Of a DNA stretch of 64,000 bases, positions 52,801 to 59,368 are shown piece after piece. The notes beneath the pieces are model-generated. The model did not search any database. It was not told the DNA's origin and saw nothing but the letters and a program-made list of their open reading frames with translations. This stretch comes from Methanobacteriota archaeon (GTDB lineage: Archaea; Thermoplasmatota; Thermoplasmata; SG8-5; JAGLSY01), in the NCBI GenBank assembly GCA_020696385.1, contig JAEHCQ010000006.1, positions 108,455-172,454 on the forward strand, read 5' to 3'. A program made the translations under genes and the position numbers. Position 1 is the stretch's first letter; every line of letters starts with the position of its first letter.

Positions 52801-53170
52801 CGAGGAACCAATGGAAGTTGAGGAAGATATCTATGAAGGCGATGTAGAGCCAATAGAGACTGAAGAAGAGATCATGGATATATCTGAAGACCCTGTAGAT
52901 ATTGCAGAAGAGCCTGCGGACATCGAGGTCGAAGAAGAGATCATGGATATCCCCGATGATGCTGAGCCAATCCCAATGGAGGAAGGTCTTCCAGAAGAGA
53001 TGGCTGAGGAAGAACCTATCGCAGATGATACTTCCATGGTCGAGGAATCTCTTGAAGAAGCACCGCCAGAGGAAGATGAGAGGGTCATAAGGCTTACCAA
53101 GGCATTCGAGGACGGAAAGATCTCTGAGGAACTTTACAACAAGAACCTGGCCAAGCTAAAGGACGAATGA
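43880..53170 (+). CDS. Giant membrane-anchored S8-family protein with WD40 and beta-helix insertions; catalytic Ser apparently lost
   Basis: Signal peptide; VDTGID (D126), HGTQMAS (H896), SGNDG, SSRGP, KPDI; SSEFA in place of GTSMA; WD40-like repeats; NosD-like repeats; D.AGN Ig repeats; TM and acidic tail. Confidence 0.85.
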   Translation: MPVDKTVKTISLLLVMALVLGPLGGVSVKESYNGVLNPSTPDSGDITDAPDILNKDIAGKNLPNTQASSKRTNFGDLTEMNGVYSTSGIKPSQAAWGNWSYRDAHNVPMVANMGYEGAGVSVALVDTGIDFGNINLADKYMTVDDPTSPYYGWPMAFDPLALSSYLQAKEVRVGNGWYANTSINGTGPFDVNHEIKVDGKNDFSQTELVGKDRYSDVRVNGTSTKAEFDLNELFITRDDTYWYGGVNTRYAEMNRTFGFALDFDGAASGGLTDPRGNYLHFKASHSAPVEQVAYSPDNNLIASCAASGTTDAPTSSYSVNSVKIWGVDGSLIETLPSEVSNVFTIAWSSDGSYLAYQTLKEVIVYETSGWTEVWRVETISESDGYRESMTFSPDNSILYFGMKLPRLGFLFMNNGTHMAKSIGGKAFSLAFNPISGDKIAVGLGDGYAKILDSTFPYSEILQFKDPILSSNIETVAWSPDETKIITGIGSLGTSIMQIWDASTGAWIANITGGHDPDSTVNTIKWLSTGEIITGADDGNMIVWDDTTYSIIDTKVSINNEPIYSFDINDVTGEYFLGTADCLVTKFSSDWGTTTPFAAQRPDVMIYIDYEREYYTFGADGQKLTTRDQIFNPDVYKWDESSSSWESTNLSAIGGEYIYKGSLAGEFTEVGFVEWSIPRNYSDWPGSNDLYVSSFICDWEPSRPQDTIPMDCNVPSPPTSVWVDFTNTEPVGISAWGHSYIPKTTVDHAKVTSVSPDDTYHFGYHPSKSLTKMLGPVSILVVESTTLGEWDQVYIDMNTDYIIDDNDIVVDINNPLAVWDAWNGSQPGSDGYPDISGGLLYFIANGTNKLPYSDRMGELLELTWNEDSPMPIPGNGELVAFYGEFDYDDLNGEIVTHGTQMASVIASEGVINGQNGPIEGVSPDIKFLPMCNAQYDLENSLYFAVEGYDGIPNTGDEANIVSTGQYSSGYDNGLDSTSSVIESLVNYTNSNVTFIAPSGNDGSGYGTIASPCGPSTLVVGFAEDNTFVSGGGDVHHYGSVGEASSRGPTATGLIKPDIIALGSGETDMPIGFSGSFIGTDGSKEFWTWTSSSEFATATATGVMALIYQAYEDTYGNYPTIETAMSLIKSSGRDLGHDPYTQGSGFIDAYTAILAATGATGLTMDVPDSTFGDSYGSSYTGFIDVMDRGDSAELSIDIENLGSGTEDVVYSMEYLRRIDVSEFNITMATGTSEFEGELSSYIPLEAQVIKVVAQTPYVGFSIGYGDYSITLWDWEDAQGPGETNYGIIDDSDDISYLISTHQESVNSLVCTYALPYGGLAGKLIMDIIPSNDVGALLDRNWTITVESFALGEWDWLEMSKSTDAIPTGGTSTLDLTMTIPDNALPGTYGASIVASYDEIAGSFNDVYGPTLEGDTSYLDVDLDTTHWDDGAIGNYWDDYGGAGTYALPDGDNADRFPQMTPFRSTYTAHNPIAINGNGGFSSVANSGAGTAMNPWVIEGYEIDGTAFSQAGISIENTDAYFIVRNCYIHDAQGSAGVYLDNVENGAFISNNVSANAQQGFYVTNSDNLYIADNDIMDNLADGIDLSVSEYVTIAYNDIFNNAGNGFASIAINMNDDNYCNIIGNYMVGRPLDAGFGCTLGLYTSHYNVISGNNMTDEDQLIDAWSATNNEVTYNTFVRANEFTAVAFWTAASNNNDIHHNAFYDIDISGWPNAEAYDDDASNNWDDGAEGNFWDIYTGPDADVNGIVDAPFAIGGGVNQDNFPLVTPNTDMQGYLPAHAPIVIDGDADFTAPNGVVSGTGTSADPYIIEGWSIVGPGNAIQIMNTTEYYVIKNCQLIGNGTDFGIFITNSTNGVVRFNDISGFNAGIGIGSTDISVSHNMLYSNIVGVTLGMSTDVTLEHNVVDAGMFGFYVSMSEDCYIMNNDISGSAVYGIQLNSSSGINYVYYNNLMSNTGQAFDDTLGDTVDDFELFAAHGVPADLIDVYDVAWCNISVDGVPLVVDIDYTLDIDTGYIMFTPTLNGLPGGSNVLIDANLIYTESIPTGFSLDDKRLVDASAVVDIYHKRLNGTMEQIADSQINVNYAVGTVALNYSANLELGLYIFANYTYYNRTVMQSFSVNVQPQITDTGSFTYGDSNSTEEPGVMPTWGMRPGQGSTLQSGDRRYFHLYVPAQGLYATSQLDDYYLFNELSWGMNATDLNFVIYGKGDAGIMPSAAPYYASSLGASEEKADFSFFTATEGPKEVLVTPFANEIITIVVSAKSFNGTGDSVEMLEGSSGWLKLSSKNPKTWTDNQVGHMNVSMFSNLNLDSGIYASIVGPAQGQRTTEDVYVDDLSNDDGTMEGWLTLLTSGAYTKVVTVENALSWDVHIWGDPTCPDLDLAVFLDGLNGQPKDGEAQWQEIITKNDIEFDAYASLYGTGSYAYCADMDADEALKFISPPDGDYIIKVLGYTVMGNPSHFDLELKTIFSGVEGYKIMPNEAEFADEDTTSNGYLNETSIPSFTERSFSVLWNFPEGTVDNVYGGIYVLGIPEANKLIVISTDISLDREAPTIIPQYTGPGTITSSRTPLISANIIDTEVGEIDPIGVTVLFDGVDVTTTSLVLVSETESSGALGYWNGAVSYTPANPLSDGGHMISIASKDFTGNEAVMEWAFTVDTLAPALSLNSANYLHVTDDTYTITGTSEPDANVKIMMGAESYDVEIKADGSFSQMISLDVNRGTEVVIEARDMADNIARENLLIVYDTDLSAVSSLQSSNGYITNKDYTILTGSVDEPGELKINGMTVEINSVGTFSDVIDLVEGSNVIEISMTDLAGNVLVDWVNVTKDTVAPIIDIEIPDMVTDGIINISGKVLAGYSVKVNGKIPSTDSTRDGDIDFTKSLVLSYGLNTIVIEAKDDAGNVMEFRHTIDYTSEDAGTNYAAIGMMIVLLVVGLVVGLLVAMAIWKERPYDEDVPSDDEPEELVEDEEVVEEEIMDEEAYGEEPMEVEEDIYEGDVEPIETEEEIMDISEDPVDIAEEPADIEVEEEIMDIPDDAEPIPMEEGLPEEMAEEEPIADDTSMVEESLEEAPPEEDERVIRLTKAFEDGKISEELYNKNLAKLKDE

Positions 53171-53206
53171 TAGCGCGATAATCATTGCGCTTTCACATCT
53201 TAACAA

Positions 53207-53228
53207 TGCCCGGGATAAACCCCGGGCA
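53207..53228. terminator. Hairpin plus T-tract between convergent genes
   Basis: TGCCCGGG-6 nt-CCCGGGCA then CTTTTAATCTTTT. Confidence 0.65.
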
Positions 53229-53320
53229 CTTTTAATCTTTTAATTTTAATTAAGATATAGATAAAATTTGGAAAATATTCATATGAATCCGAATATCAAT
53301 TCATGAGAAATCGAATATGA

Positions 53321-53902
53321 TCATTCCCATGTGATCCTGTATTCACAATGATCCGAATCTTCTTCAGTATTGCACTTGACCTCGGTTACAGTTCCTTTTA
53401 ATTTACAAAGCTCAAGCATTCCTGCCAGGCTACCTCTGAAATATTCGCATTTGGCCTTGTCCTCTGGAAACCCATGGTAAGTGAATATCAATTCATTATC
53501 AGATACCTCTGTGTACTCTGGCTTTCCAAAATCATACACATTACCCCAATTATCACTTGCTAGCTTTACAAAATCCATAACCACAGGAGCCCTTGTAAGG
53601 TAGCTGAGATGCCCCATGTTCTGCAATGTTTGAAAGCCAATGTCATAGCATTTAGATAAGTCTCCATTTCCAGTAACTATGTCGGCGCCCCTTAAGAATT
53701 TTAAATAGATCTCATAAGAATACCAGTTCTTTGGAATGATATTATTCTCATTGATCTTTTCATGTAATGTTCTTCCATTATTGATCATCTCCAGGAACTG
53801 ATCAATTCCCTGTGTTCCTCGTTTATGTTTTACATAAGCGATAACATTCTGGAGATGTACACCTTTAATCTTACCTTCAAAAGTCACAATAAATACCTTC
53901 AA
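53321..53902 (-). CDS. V4R / heme-NO-binding-like (DUF2378-like) protein
   Basis: IKG..L...G N-terminus, WY, C.YF.G.L.G, E.KC......HCEYRITW C-terminus. Confidence 0.6.
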   Translation of the reverse strand: MKVFIVTFEGKIKGVHLQNVIAYVKHKRGTQGIDQFLEMINNGRTLHEKINENNIIPKNWYSYEIYLKFLRGADIVTGNGDLSKCYDIGFQTLQNMGHLSYLTRAPVVMDFVKLASDNWGNVYDFGKPEYTEVSDNELIFTYHGFPEDKAKCEYFRGSLAGMLELCKLKGTVTEVKCNTEEDSDHCEYRITWE

Positions 53903-54864
53903 TTAAGTTTATCAAATGCCTGGAAGATGGCAGTGGAGTATTTTTCCAATTCGGTTAACTTTTTTCTATCTCCACTCCAATTATTGAATTCTGATGCGTA
54001 TTTCTTTTCCATTATTTGTAGTGCCTTTAATATTATCTTGTACATGATGGGCTTTTCATCACCATTTATGACCACAGCCGCATATACATGGTTACTATCT
54101 TCCAAGATGATCGAATGACCCTCATATGTTAGTTTATGGACATGCTCCCCTTCATTGAAAGCCTTGCTCATCTGTTCCCTTATGGCCATTACCATTCGAG
54201 ATAGGAGTTTTTTACTAAGTTTTTCTGGAGGGATCTTGCTCTTGACAGATAGTAATGTCCCATCTCTATGAATGAAAAATATGGTCTCTGCAACAGGAGC
54301 CATTGGCACAACCCCTATCTCCTTTTTCTCTTCGGGAGATAGTTCCATCTCAAATGCACTCTCAAAGAATCTTTCCTTGATCCTCTTCCTAAGTGCCTTT
54401 ATGTCTGCCTCGATCTCATCAAGGTCTTCAGGGTCAGATAATTTATTGATTATCTCCTTGGCTTCCTTTTCAAACCCATTGATATTGAGAGAGGCCAGTT
54501 CTGCTTTAAGCTCATTGATCCGTGAATGATCTTTAAAAGATTCAAGATATGTCTCGATCTCTTCGATCTTGGATAGATCTTTAAGGAATGATTTGATCTC
54601 CAGGAACCTCTCATTCTCATCATCGACATCTAATTCATTGAGTTGAACTTCCAGCTCTCTCAATCTTGCGATCTTTCCTTCATGATCCTTGAAAGCATTC
54701 TTCAATTTGGTCTTGCTTCCGGTCTTGATCAAAGCTGTAAGATCAGATACTTCATAACCTTCAGAGAGCCAAGCAAAAAGTTTATCTGAGTATTCACTGG
54801 TATCAAATTCTTTCTTCTTGGGTGTAGATCTCTTTGATTTAGTACCAGTTTTCTTCTTGGCCAT
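53899..54864 (-). CDS. Coiled-coil protein with C-terminal longin-like domain
   Basis: Charged helical N-terminus; IFFIHRDGTLL..LLS.MV.AI....AF..L.YEG.SIILE..VYAAVVI.G..E.KY...WSGD. Confidence 0.55.
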   Translation of the reverse strand: MAKKKTGTKSKRSTPKKKEFDTSEYSDKLFAWLSEGYEVSDLTALIKTGSKTKLKNAFKDHEGKIARLRELEVQLNELDVDDENERFLEIKSFLKDLSKIEEIETYLESFKDHSRINELKAELASLNINGFEKEAKEIINKLSDPEDLDEIEADIKALRKRIKERFFESAFEMELSPEEKKEIGVVPMAPVAETIFFIHRDGTLLSVKSKIPPEKLSKKLLSRMVMAIREQMSKAFNEGEHVHKLTYEGHSIILEDSNHVYAAVVINGDEKPIMYKIILKALQIMEKKYASEFNNWSGDRKKLTELEKYSTAIFQAFDKLN

Positions 54865-54906
54865 TAGATTCCCCTATATAAGCTTGGAGAATGCATAACT
54901 GATATT

Positions 54907-56820
54907 TTAGTGCTTCCCTTTATCATATGTCATATCAAAGAAGCCAGATATCTCTCTTATGTGGTCATCACTAGCCCGCAATCCGGGAAGATTCTTTCTG
55001 AATTGTTTGATCCTTCTATCGAGTATCAAAGCCGCTCCTCGGTCATTTTCAGTCCTGATGAGTCTTCCTATGCTCTGGAGTAATTTACGAGTGGCAGGGG
55101 CAATGACCGTGTATTCCCATCCACGGGCGTGTTTCCTTTCATAATATTCGAAAAGGGATCTGTGCTTCGCAGTTGGCTTTGGGAAAGGGATGCCAACCAG
55201 AACCACGATCTCCAATTCATCTCCTGGAAAATCGATCCCCTCGCTGATCCTACCACCCATTACCGCAAGAAGAATAGCATCCGTGCTATTCTTGAACTCA
55301 TTGACCATATCCATCAATCCATTCTGGGACATTGAACTTTTTTCATAGAATATTCTCCTATCGCCAATATCGACCATGGACTTGAAGGAAGATAGTATGG
55401 AATAGCTTGGAAAGAATATGAGTGTATTCTTCTTGAATTCCGCTACCAGTGTATCTACGTGATCTCGAATAAGCAATTTCATCTCATCCGATGAATTGAA
55501 AACATCGTATTTTGTGGTAACGTCCTCCCGATATAATGTGATCCGATTATCTTCGGAAAAGGGACTGGGTAAGCTCAGCATCTTTGTTGTAATCGGCATA
55601 CCGATGGAATCGCGATATTCATCAAGTGGTGATAGAGTGCCTGAAAGATGGATCGATGAATGACAATCATTCACTATAGATGTTATTTTGGATGGATCCA
55701 TGCCATATGATTCCAGACCTGGTCCTTCACGGATTACAAGCTTTGCAGAATCGTGATCCTCCATTGTTACCCAATTGATGAGAAACATACCAATTGAATG
55801 CAGGTGTGAACGAGGCAATTTACCTTTTTTTCTTTTTGACTCTCTTATTATCTCGCCATGGGTAAGGATATCAAGGAGCATCTCTTTGAGCTCATTGTCT
55901 GTTACCTTGAACTTACTCATCATGGAGATCTCCAGTTCATTTGGAGGGACAAGGCCGTCCTCATCCTCATCTACCAGGTACTCGTCAATGATGTCATAGA
56001 TCGATCGGATCAGATGATTGAGGACATTGGAAATTCTAATTCCCTCGACCAGCTGGGGGTCACCTATCTTCTTCGCCTCATTCAATGCAGAGTGCAAGGA
56101 TCTTATGGAAATGTCGGATGATATCAATTCTCTGGCAAAATCGGGAAGATTATGTGCCTCATCGATTATCAGTATCACATCTTCCTCCGTGGAATTCATC
56201 CAATTCAGGAACATCCGACGTATCATCGGACTAAAGAAGAATATGTAAGGGGCAGCAATAACATCCGCGCTTGGCATGAGAACTTTGCTTGCTTCATATG
56301 GACATATATTATCTTTGATACAATGAAGCTTGAATTCTTCCAGAACTGGTGTATTATCATTCACGAACCCTTTCAATATCTCCAGATCATAGTTCAGAAG
56401 ATTCGCATAATATCTACATCCACGCTTTTTCTCGCCATCTATAGTGGCTTTCTTCTTATCACTGCATAATTTGGATAGTTCCTCTGAGCTCCCCTGGGAT
56501 ATATTTGGATCATTCATGAACAAGGGACATTGGTTCTGTCTCCCCTGCATCCCAATGCCAAATATTTCATGCTGTTTCTTTATCTGGCGTAATTCCTTGA
56601 ATATCTGATCCTGTTGTGAATTGGTCCGGGTGAGATAGATGATCTTTTTATCATTCTTCATTCCATATTCTATGCTTGGAGCCAGGGCGCATATTGTCTT
56701 ACCTGAACCAGTTCCAGATTCGATGATGATACTTCCATTTCGGGATAAAGCACGGTGGATCTCTTCGAGTATGATTTTCTGATTGGGTCTGGGATCATAT
56801 GGGAACATTGTGTTGGTCAT
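54907..56820 (-). CDS. xpd: XPD/Rad3/DinG family Fe-S DNA helicase
   Basis: RPNQ Q-motif, SGTGSGKT, four Fe-S cysteines (..CPY), IDEAHN, SGTL, FFPSY, SEGIDF, QSIGRLIR. Confidence 0.93.
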   Translation of the reverse strand: MTNTMFPYDPRPNQKIILEEIHRALSRNGSIIIESGTGSGKTICALAPSIEYGMKNDKKIIYLTRTNSQQDQIFKELRQIKKQHEIFGIGMQGRQNQCPLFMNDPNISQGSSEELSKLCSDKKKATIDGEKKRGCRYYANLLNYDLEILKGFVNDNTPVLEEFKLHCIKDNICPYEASKVLMPSADVIAAPYIFFFSPMIRRMFLNWMNSTEEDVILIIDEAHNLPDFARELISSDISIRSLHSALNEAKKIGDPQLVEGIRISNVLNHLIRSIYDIIDEYLVDEDEDGLVPPNELEISMMSKFKVTDNELKEMLLDILTHGEIIRESKRKKGKLPRSHLHSIGMFLINWVTMEDHDSAKLVIREGPGLESYGMDPSKITSIVNDCHSSIHLSGTLSPLDEYRDSIGMPITTKMLSLPSPFSEDNRITLYREDVTTKYDVFNSSDEMKLLIRDHVDTLVAEFKKNTLIFFPSYSILSSFKSMVDIGDRRIFYEKSSMSQNGLMDMVNEFKNSTDAILLAVMGGRISEGIDFPGDELEIVVLVGIPFPKPTAKHRSLFEYYERKHARGWEYTVIAPATRKLLQSIGRLIRTENDRGAALILDRRIKQFRKNLPGLRASDDHIREISGFFDMTYDKGKH

Positions 56821-56946
56821 TTAACCAACTCCGAGCGAGCAGGGTCGGGCGATTTTTCTTTTGCAATGGAATACTTGTTCTTTTGGAGCCCGACCCAGCA
56901 CAGGGAGGGTAAAAGAAAAGGCTTCCGGGAACATAGAATTGACCAT
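56821..56946 (-). CDS. 41-codon upstream ORF abutting xpd in frame
   Basis: ATG 56946 to TAA 56821, immediately before the xpd ATG; TATATATA about 25 nt upstream; begins MVNSMFP vs xpd MTNTMFP. Confidence 0.35.
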   Translation of the reverse strand: MVNSMFPEAFSFTLPVLGRAPKEQVFHCKRKIARPCSLGVG

Positions 56947-57063
56947 TAATCATTGATGACGCATTTGGAATATATATAGTACATTGGGGGGTGGGCGAAT
57001 ATATTCAGTGGAGAATATGAAATGAGGGAATTTCCCATCTCATATCCTTCATTAATACCTACC

Positions 57064-58134
57064 TTACGTTATTATCTCACTGAGCATATCCTGCTCAATG
57101 GCAGCTTTGATATCCTTGGCAATTCTGACACCAGTTGAAAGCTCGGGTTCTATGTAATCCGAATATGGTGATCCTGATGGGAACAGGTTCGTACCTGCTA
57201 CAATTCGGGATGATATCTCAAATACAATGAACTCCAATTTGTCATTTACAATTGTCTCCAGGCAGAATGGTCCTATCATACCACCAAAAAGCTCGATGGA
57301 CTTCTCAACGACCATCTCACCCATCTCGAATACCTTCGGCAACAGTGATTCCCTCAGAACCAATGGAACATTTCCTGTGACCACGAAGGAAGGATAGATA
57401 CCTTGCTTCTTGAGGTCTTCTTGCGAACCCAGTTTGTACATCTCGTCAATATTTGTTTCATCACGGCGGTCAAGGCTCATGAGCTCCAGGCTTCCCTTTG
57501 ACATGGAGTAGCCATCTTGTTTGATGGGTGAATAGAAATAATGTAAATAATACCTGGTTCCGATTATGTATTCCTGGATATGGAATGTCTCATCATGGTC
57601 GATACCCATCTTGAATTCATTGTAATCCTTGGCAATAAAGAATCCACGACCACCTTTAGCACCATGATACTTCACCATAACAGGCTCTTCAATATCTTCC
57701 GGACTTGAGATGTATTTTGGCATTTTAAGCCCAGATGATATTAGCCATTCTCGCTCCATGTTTCGATCAGATTCCCATCCAAGTACGGCTCTGTTACCGT
57801 AGGTTGGAATTGGAAGTTCTGCGAATTCTTTGGCGCCAAGATATTCAACAAAAGAACCATGTGGTATTATGATGACATTCTTCTTGATCATCTCTGGTAT
57901 CTTATCATTAATCTGCTTATAATCATCAACAATAAGGTATTCATCTGGCTTGGCCAGTGGAAATGCATCGTAGAATTTTGGAACCTTTTTCAAAGCAATT
58001 CCCAATGTCTTGAAACCTTCCTTCTTCGCACCATGAAATATCTGCAAACTGGAGTGCGAACACACTGTAGCGATCGTGATATTATCCTTGTCATAAGAGG
58101 ATAATATTTCCTCTATATCGTTCTTAAGAGCCAT
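57064..58134 (-). CDS. purP: Formate--AICAR ligase (FAICAR synthetase), ATP-grasp
   Basis: CSHSSLQI..GAK.EGF, IPHGSFVEY, GAKGGRG, VVTGN.P..LRESLL, FEIS.RIVAGTN. Confidence 0.92.
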   Translation of the reverse strand: MALKNDIEEILSSYDKDNITIATVCSHSSLQIFHGAKKEGFKTLGIALKKVPKFYDAFPLAKPDEYLIVDDYKQINDKIPEMIKKNVIIIPHGSFVEYLGAKEFAELPIPTYGNRAVLGWESDRNMEREWLISSGLKMPKYISSPEDIEEPVMVKYHGAKGGRGFFIAKDYNEFKMGIDHDETFHIQEYIIGTRYYLHYFYSPIKQDGYSMSKGSLELMSLDRRDETNIDEMYKLGSQEDLKKQGIYPSFVVTGNVPLVLRESLLPKVFEMGEMVVEKSIELFGGMIGPFCLETIVNDKLEFIVFEISSRIVAGTNLFPSGSPYSDYIEPELSTGVRIAKDIKAAIEQDMLSEIIT

Positions 58135-58200
58135 ATCAGTATAATTGAGAGGATGTATATTAACATATCTCAAAGAATGATCTCATTAATGAATGAAAAT

Positions 58201-58294
58201 GGCCCCGTCATCGACTGTAAAATACGACATCATGACGGGGCTTTTAAGTGTGCTTCTAATCGCCTATATTCTGTATATTACTAGCGATTAGAAG
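58201..58294. repeat. Two consecutive intergenic hairpins
   Basis: GCCCCGTCAT..ATGACGGGGC and CTTCTAATCGC..GCGATTAGAAG. Confidence 0.5.
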
Positions 58295-58337
58295 AACTAA
58301 CACGTCTGAATTTATCTCATTTACAAAGTGTTTGTTC

Positions 58338-59252
58338 CTATTGTTTTGGCAGATACGGTGCTATCGCGCTTACGAAAGCTGGAAGGTGTCTTGTCTGCAT
58401 GATCAGTTTACCTGGTCCTACAAAGTCAGTTACAAGTCCTTCACCGCTCAGGATAGTGGATTTCCAACCGCCAACACGCCTTACCGAGAATTGCATATGA
58501 TCCTGGAATGCGACAATGTGGCCTGTGTCCACGGACAATACTTCACCTGGCTGGAGATCTTTCTCGATAATTCCACCGAATGAAGTTACCCAGACAGTTC
58601 CTGGACCTGATGCATGGAGCATGATGAAGTCCTTTTCAGAAAGGAATCCCTTGAGTCCTTGCCATTTTGTGTCCAGGTTCACGTGGGGCATGGACGCAAG
58701 GTAAGCTCCACTCTGTATGATCATTCCAGAGGGTTGCTTTGTGAGGTCTATTGGATAGATATCACCCATTGCGGCTCCAACAAGTGCCAGATCTCCATTT
58801 CCCTGTGTTGCTGTGTATGTGTTGACAAAGAAGGATTCGCCACCCAGAGCAGAGGTCATAAGTCCCTTTACCAGACCGCCTTTTCTTCCTGCTGTCTGGA
58901 TCTCAACTGTCCTGTTCATGTACATCATAGCACCCTTCTCTGTGGTCACGCTTTCCCCCTGCTTGAGGTGGAATATCAATGCTGTAAAGGATGGAGAATG
59001 TACTGTCTCATTCTCCGGTACAGCTCCCGGTTGTACCGGCGCTGGCTGTGCATAGCTCTGCTGTGGTGCAGGCTGATGTTGTTGTGGTTGCTGTTGTTGA
59101 GGCTGGTGGTGCTGTGCTGCAGGCTGATGTTGCTGAGCTGGTTGTTGAGCTGCTGCTGCCGCTTGACCATATTCCTGGCATGTGTAACAGTACCACTGGC
59201 TGTATTGTTCAATATAATTCATTTGGTTTCCGCATTTCTGACATTGACTCAT
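58338..59252 (-). CDS. TIGR00266 / AIM24 family protein with N-terminal zinc ribbon and Gln/Pro linker
   Basis: CQKCG..WYCYTC; QQPAQQH repeats; GESFFVN, VDTGHIVAF, SGEGLV..F.GPG. Confidence 0.88.
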   Translation of the reverse strand: MSQCQKCGNQMNYIEQYSQWYCYTCQEYGQAAAAAQQPAQQHQPAAQHHQPQQQQPQQHQPAPQQSYAQPAPVQPGAVPENETVHSPSFTALIFHLKQGESVTTEKGAMMYMNRTVEIQTAGRKGGLVKGLMTSALGGESFFVNTYTATQGNGDLALVGAAMGDIYPIDLTKQPSGMIIQSGAYLASMPHVNLDTKWQGLKGFLSEKDFIMLHASGPGTVWVTSFGGIIEKDLQPGEVLSVDTGHIVAFQDHMQFSVRRVGGWKSTILSGEGLVTDFVGPGKLIMQTRHLPAFVSAIAPYLPKQ

Positions 59253-59368
59253 GATATCACCTAAATTCGATCTATTCAATGTATAAACATCAATTCGAAT
59301 ATAAAATTTGCTAATCTATATTACATTATGCTGTAACATTTTAATACAATCAGTTAATTGACCCTTGT

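Noticed and set aside
58614-59264. 216-aa + strand ORF and similar Ser/Leu-rich shadow ORFs opposite acidic tracts
   Set aside because: Explained by low-complexity codons on the coding strand
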